The notes under the pieces: generated by a model
What the model was told of the DNA's origin: nothing
Seen by the model: only the letters and a program-made list of their open reading frames with translations
Databases searched by the model: none
Translations under genes and position numbers: made by a program
Source of the DNA: Octopus sinensis
Lineage: Eukaryota
Direction: 5' to 3'
NCBI RefSeq assembly: GCF_006345805.1
Contig: NW_021826095.1
Coordinates: 1-13,727, forward strand
Length of the DNA: 13,727 nucleotides
In this document: in pieces, positions 8,682 through 13,727 of the stretch
How the letters are laid out: each line of letters begins with the position of its first letter
Numbering within the stretch: the first letter of the stretch is position 1

Positions 8682-8946
8682 CCCATGTGCCGCTGACACG
8701 TTAAAATGCTCGAACCGATCGTGACGATGCCGGACTCCGGCCCCTGTGCAGGTGGCACGTAAAAAGCACCCAATCCACTCACGGAGTGGTTGGCGTTAGG
8801 AAGGCATCCAGCCGTAGTAGAAACTCTGCCAGATTCAGACTGGAGCCTGGTGCGGCCCCTGGCTTCCAGACCCGGTCAAACCGTCCAACCCGTGCTAGCG
8901 CGGAAAGCGGACGTTAAACGATGATGATGATGATGATGATGATGAT
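8682..8946 (+). mobile_element. Family D retroelement 3' end, CpG-retaining, (GAT)9 tail
   Basis: ggtggcacgtaaaaagcacc...tggttggcgttaggaaggcatcc...ccgtccaacccgtgctagcgcggaaagcggacgttaaacgatgatgat. Confidence 0.9.
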
Positions 8947-8986
8947 ATATATATATATAATATATATTTATATATATATTTATATA

Positions 8987-9145
8987 TACGATGGGCTTCT
9001 TCAGTTTCCATCTACCAAGTTCACTCACAAGGCTTTGGTTGGCCCAAGGCTATAGTAGAAGACACTTGCCCAGGGTACCACAGAGTGGGACTGAACCCAG
9101 AACCATGTGGTACATAAGCAAGCTACTTACCACACAGCCACTCCT
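8987..9145 (-). mobile_element. Family B SINE, head and core half only
   Basis: Homologous to 4650-4809 (gggcttcttcagtttcc...ttaccacacagccactcct). Confidence 0.88.
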
Positions 9146-9234
9146 ACATATATATATATATATAAACACATACACACGATAGATTGATAGATTGATAGAT
9201 AGATACATACATAAATACATAAAGGCATGCATAT

Positions 9235-9480
9235 ACTCTTTACTCTTTTACTGTTTCAGTCATTTGACTGCGGCCATGCTGGAGCACCGCCTTTACTCGA
9301 GCAACTCGACCCCGGAACTTATTCTTTTGTAAGCCCAGTACTTATTCTATCGGTCTCTTTTGCCAAACCGCTAAGTAACGGGGACATAAACACACCAGCA
9401 TCGGTTGTCAAGCAATGCTAGGGGGACAAACACAGACACACAAACATATATATATATATATATACATATATACAACGGGC
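9235..9480 (-). mobile_element. Family B SINE, tail half only (5'-truncated)
   Basis: Homologous to 4403-4657. Similarity ends at tatacaacgggc. Confidence 0.88.
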
Positions 9481-9669
9481 ACACACTTGCATATATGTGT
9501 ACACTGTTACTAGTTTCAGCAACAGGTTGTCGCCATATGTGATTCTCTCTCTCTCTCTCTTTGATCTTGATCAATGCCATAGTTGGACAACACCACCACC
9601 ATATACATTACTTTCATTGATATGAGTTCAACTAATATCTCAAATCAAAAAAACAAAAAAAAAACTTCA

Positions 9670-9827
9670 TTACTGGAGAGCTTGAAATTTCTTGAAGTTC
9701 CTCACCATTGAACTGCAACCTGTTTTACTTCAGTTCACTTATATATTGCATTCAGGTCTTTCTGTAATTTTGCATTATCACTAGGATCCTTAATTGCCTG
9801 TGATGTTTTCACATCGTCAGCAAGATA
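9670..9827 (-). pseudogene. Non-LTR (CR1/L2/Jockey-like) reverse-transcriptase fragment around the YADD motif
   Basis: Manual translation: YLADDVKTSQAIKDPSDNAKLQKDLNAIYK*TEVKQ / fs / LQFNGE... / fs / KFQALQ. This matches xADDxK...LQxDLxxIxxW...QFNxxK, with W mutated to TGA. Confidence 0.8.
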
Positions 9828-9856
9828 TATATATATTATATATATATATATATATA

Positions 9857-10194
9857 TCATCATCATCATCATTTAGCGTCCGTTTTCCATGCTAGCATGG
9901 GTTGGACGGTTCTACTGGGGTCTGTGAAGCCAGAAGGCTTCATCAGGCCCAGTCAGAGATCTGGCAGTGTTCTACGCTGGATGCCCTTCCTAACGCAACA
10001 CTCCGTGAGTGTAGTGGGTGCTTTTACGTGCCACCCGCACAGGTGCCAGACAGAGCTGGCAAACGGCCACAAACGGACGGTGCTTTTACGTGCCACCGGC
10101 ACGGGGGCCAGGCGAGGCTGGCAACGGACACGAATGGATGGTGCTTTTACGTGCTACCGGCACGGAGGCCAGGCGAGGCTGGCAACGGAATCAC
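9857..10194 (-). mobile_element. Family D retroelement 3' end with three subunits
   Basis: (TCA)n tail at 9857. gtgcttttacgtgc(c/t)acc at 10018, 10080 and 10141. Confidence 0.88.
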
Positions 10195-10237
10195 ATATAT
10201 ATATATTTCGTTTTTGGATTTGGTTTGCAAGATTTAG

Positions 10238-10320
10238 AGAGTCAAAACTACTGAAAAGGTTGCAAGACACAACGAAAAGTTTAGGAAAATAGAAATAAGG
10301 AATAAGTGGAAATTTTACCG
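10238..10320 (+). CDS. Weak candidate internal exon (RVKTTEKVARHNEKFRKIEIRNKWKFY), unidentified
   Basis: T-rich tract and tttag acceptor at 10236-10237, strong donor cg|gtgagt at 10321, one open frame over 83 nt. No recognisable homology. Confidence 0.2.
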
Positions 10321-10476
10321 GTGAGTGTGTTAAATTACAAGGCATAAAAAGAAAATGACTCTCCCCAGACACAACAGTATATATATATATATAGTGTGTG
10401 TGTGTTGTGTGTGTGTGTATTACGAAGATGTACTTGCATAGCAAGTGTCCTGATCTGAGATCGTGTACTGGAGAGA

Positions 10477-10652
10477 AAACGATTGCAGCGTGGAAGGTGT
10501 TTATAAACCATTCAAGAAACACACAAAAACTGTTAGATTCACTTCAACATTTAAATTTAATTTGCCAATTAAATTTAAATGTTGAGGTGAATCTAATGGT
10601 TTTTGTGTGTTTCTTCAATGGCTTATAAACACCTTCCATGCAGCAGTTGTTT
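10477..10652. mobile_element. Near-perfect palindrome / foldback with 86-bp arms and 4-nt loop
   Basis: 10477-10562 matches the reverse complement of 10567-10652 at 77/86 with no indels. Loop is tgcc. Confidence 0.75.
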
Positions 10653-10702
10653 ATATATATATATATATATATATATATGGTGATACACTCTCCTGTTGAA
10701 GA

Positions 10703-11092
10703 CTTGTTTCAGTCATTTGACTGTGGCCATGCTGGATCACCGCCTTTAGTCGAGCAAATCGACTCCGGGACTTATTCTTTGTAAGCCCAGTACTTATTCT
10801 ATCGGTCACTTTTGCCGAACCGCTAAATTACGGGGACGTAAACACACCAGCATCGGTTGTCAAGCAATGCTAGGGGGACAAACACAGACACACAAACATA
10901 CACACACATACATATATATATATATATACATATATACGACAGGCTTCTTTCAGTTTCCGTCTACCAAATCCACTCACAAGGCTTTGGTCGGCCCGGGGCT
11001 ATAGTAGAAGACACTTGCCCAAGGTGCCACGCAGTGGGACTGAACCCGGAACCATGTGGTTGGTAAGCAAGCTACTTACCACACAGCCACTC
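10703..11092 (-). mobile_element. Full-length family B SINE
   Basis: Colinear with 4403-4812. Confidence 0.92.
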
Positions 11093-11363
11093 ATATATAT
11101 ATATATATATATAAATAAATTTTCAGAATGAGATAAAAAAATTTTTTTCATATATATACACATGCTGATATATGACCTATGTTGGACTCCTTATTCATAT
11201 AATCACCAAACCTGGAGCTTAACTATAGTCTGTCCATAGGACTTACTCAGCATTACCTGACACCTTTGGGTCTTATTGACACCATTACCTCTCATAACCT
11301 CTCTCTCTCTCTGTATATATATATATATGTATATGTGTGTGTGTATACATACGCACACACATT

Positions 11364-11521
11364 CATGATGGGCTTGTTTTAGATTCCATCTACCAAATCC
11401 AATCACAAGGCTTTTATCAGCCCCAGGCTAGAAAAAGACAATTGGCCAAGGTGCCACACAGAGGGACTGAACCTGGAACCATGTGGTTGGGAAGCAAGCT
11501 TCTTACCACACAGCTATGCCT
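11364..11521 (-). mobile_element. Family B SINE, head and core half, diverged
   Basis: gatgggcttg...ttccatctaccaaatcc...ggccaaggtgccacacagagggactgaacctggaaccatgtgg...ttaccacacagc. Confidence 0.85.
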
Positions 11522-11710
11522 ATATATATATATATATTATATTAAATTAGAGATAAAACCACTATTAGGCAAATCAAACAGTGAAAAACATAAGCCAATA
11601 CATAAAATTAATTTAAAAATATGAAAGTTAAAATTTTAAAAATTATTTAAATAATTTAAACTTATAAATTTTAAATATATATATACAAATATATATATAT
11701 ATGTATGTAT

Positions 11711-11824
11711 ATTTTTATATTATATATTATTTTATTTATTAATTTATTTATTTAATTTTTTTATTAATTTTTTTTTATATAAATATCAAAAGTATTAAAA
11801 GTTTGATAAAAGATAAAGATAATA

Positions 11825-11856
<32 letters not shown>

Positions 11857-11975
11857 GTTATTTTTATATTTATATATATATTTTATTTATTAATTTATTT
11901 ATTTAATTTTTTTTATGAATTTTTTTTATATAAATATCAAAAGTATTAAAAGTTTGATAAAAGATAAAGATAAAA

Positions 11976-12010
<35 letters not shown>
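11711..12010. repeat. ~151-bp tandem duplication in an extremely AT-rich tract
   Basis: aaatatcaaaagtattaaaagtttgataaaagataaagat at 11781 and 11932. Confidence 0.85.
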
Positions 12011-12023
<13 letters not shown>

Positions 12024-12250
12024 GTATGTATGTATATCATTTATTTAACGTTAATGTCTCAGTTATGTTTCATTGGAAAATACATTGATTTGTATTCGTG
12101 TATTTCACATTTAGATTAGCATAAAACATTTATAATTACATTTTTGGAGATCAAACTTCACTCTTTAATGTATAATAATTGACGTAAGAGTTTATATCCT
12201 TTTATACGTTCAATGATGCAGAGATATAAATATACACATAAAGAAAAAGC

Positions 12251-12318
12251 ACTCTCTCTCTCTCTCTCTCTCTTTCTCGATTTCTCTTTCTTCCTCTCTC
12301 TCTCTCTCTCTCTCTCTC
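12251..12318. repeat. (CT)n microsatellite, interrupted
   Basis: Two CT runs. Confidence 0.95.
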
Positions 12319-12504
12319 AGATACAGACACATTACCATCAAGATATAATACACCAAATCACATTTATACTTGAATTTAAGAGAGAGAAGAAAATCAATAT
12401 GCATGCACCTACACACACATATATATATATATACATAAATATTTATAGACATTTATCCTCATTAAGTTATATAGATATAATAATTTATATACATTTAGAT
12501 ACAT

Positions 12505-12505
12505 G

Positions 12506-12546
<41 letters not shown>

Positions 12547-12694
12547 CACACTGTGTATATATATATATATATTATATAATATATATATATATACCACACT
12601 GTGTATATAGTATGTATATATATATGTATGTATATATATATATATATACACACTGTGTATATATGCATATATATATATATATACACACTGTGTA

Positions 12695-12726
<32 letters not shown>

Positions 12727-12845
12727 CACACTGTGTATATATGCATATATATATATATATACACACACTGTGTAATATATATATATATATATATATAATA
12801 TATATATATTATTATATATATTAATATACATATACATATATACAC
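12505..12845. repeat. (TA)n tract punctuated by six cacactgtgta cores
   Basis: ctgtg centres at 12551, 12599, 12653, 12688, 12731 and 12768. Confidence 0.9.
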
Positions 12846-12846
12846 A

Positions 12847-13189
12847 GTGAAGGTGCATGGCTCAGTGGTTACAGCGGCGAGCTTACGATCGTGAGGTTGT
12901 GAGTTCGAATCCCAGACCGGGCTGCGTGTTGTGTTCTTGAGCAAGAGACTTTGTTTCACATTGCACCAGTTCACTCAGCTGTAGAAATTAGTTGCGACGT
13001 CACAGGTGCCAAGCTGTATCGGCCCCTTTGCCAGTATTTCCCTTGGATAACACTGGTGGCATGGAGAAGGGAGGTCGTTATGCATGGGCGACTGCTGGCC
13101 TTCCATAAACAACCTTGCCCGGACTTGTGCCTGGGAGGGTAACTTTCTAGGTGCAATCCCATGGTCTGTCATGACCGAAGGGGTCTCAG
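12847..13189 (+). mobile_element. tRNA-derived CORE-like SINE (family C head, alternative tail)
   Basis: A-box-like tggctcagtggtt, B-box gagttcgaatccc, core gtgttcttgagcaagagactt. 13-bp TSD atatacacagtga at 12838-12850 and 13190-13202. Confidence 0.92.
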
Positions 13190-13202
13190 ATATACACAGT
13201 GA

Positions 13203-13295
13203 TCTATATACGCTGGTTATAGATTATGCCTAACCGAAAATGACACACAGCCACATTATCGAAACAGACCCGGTGAAACCGGGCTTAGCTGCTAG
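13203..13295 (+). mobile_element. Helitron-type 3' terminus (short non-autonomous element or fragment)
   Basis: GC hairpin cccgg-tgaaa-ccggg (13269-13283), 8 nt, CTAG (13292-13295), then T. A possible A|TC 5' end lies at 13202/13203 but is uncertain. Confidence 0.6.
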
Positions 13296-13344
13296 TAATA
13301 ATATAAATATCAAATTTATAAGGCTTATTCTTGTACATGTTTTT

Positions 13345-13653
13345 GTCATTTGACTGCACACAGCCTTAAAGGGTTTTAGTTGAAAAAGATTGAACCCCCG
13401 GACTTACACTTTCTAAGCCTAGTACTTATTCTATCACTCTCTCTTACGGAACTGCTAAGTTACATGGACGTAAACACACACACCAACAGCAGTTGTCAAG
13501 TGATGGAGGGAAGCACACAGACAACACACACACACACACACACAAATATATATGACAGGCTTCTTTCAATTTCCATTTACAAGGCTTTTGTCAGCCTAAG
13601 GCTATTAGTAAAAGATATTTGCCCAAGGTGCCATGCAGTGGGACTGAACCCAG
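13345..13653 (-). mobile_element. Diverged family B SINE, truncated just beyond the B box
   Basis: gtcatttgactgc...agtacttattctatc...gcccaaggtgccatgcagtgggactgaacccag. Confidence 0.85.
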
Positions 13654-13655
13654 AC

Positions 13656-13727
13656 ATATATGTTTGTGTGTTTGTGTTTGTCCCCACAACCATCGCTTGA
13701 TAACTGACGCTGGTGTGTGTTTACATC
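13656..13727 (+). mobile_element. Family B SINE fragment in opposite orientation, running off the window
   Basis: tgtttgtccccacaaccatcgcttgataactgacgctggtgtgtgtttacatc is the reverse complement of the 4553-4612-type segment. Confidence 0.8.

Noticed and set aside
8552-8697. C/D snoRNA (gtgatga ... ctga)
   Set aside because: No terminal stem, and the C-box-like motif differs in the duplicate copy (gtgacga).
9925-9950. ctgatga followed by an agcc/ggct stem on the minus strand
   Set aside because: No GAAA follows the stem, and other family D copies read ctggtg here, so it is a chance mutation.
12847-12925. Functional tRNA gene
   Set aside because: A and B boxes are present, but there is no acceptor-stem pairing or terminator. 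It continues into a SINE body and has a TSD.
224-13700. Supplied ORFs (for example 293-880, 9897-10292, 12213-12824) as genes
   Set aside because: They translate SINEs, retroelement UTRs or microsatellites (IY, TH and SL runs) and show no domain-like sequence.

Overview
AT-rich, microsatellite-dense animal genomic DNA, most likely from a coleoid cephalopod such as Octopus (inferred from the SINE repertoire; not database-checked). There is no intact protein-coding gene. The supplied ORFs are translations of repeats or microsatellites. The window is a mosaic of: tRNA-derived SINEs of three or four families; four 3' ends of a (GAT)n-tailed non-LTR retroelement; an internally deleted Tc1/mariner element with 40-bp TIRs and a decayed transposase C-terminus; one clear and one doubtful LINE reverse-transcriptase remnant; a Helitron-type 3' end; and three unrelated long foldback elements. 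The two most unusual features are (i) a minimal type I hammerhead-ribozyme-like motif on the minus strand (4249-4286) with one core deviation, and (ii) a ~2.7-kb G-poor block of tandem repeats at several scales (~303 bp x6, 33 bp x4.5, 181 bp x2, 18 bp x~3; 5967-8675) joined directly to a young-looking retroelement 3' tail, which may be a composite retroposed unit. All alignments and counts were done by eye.
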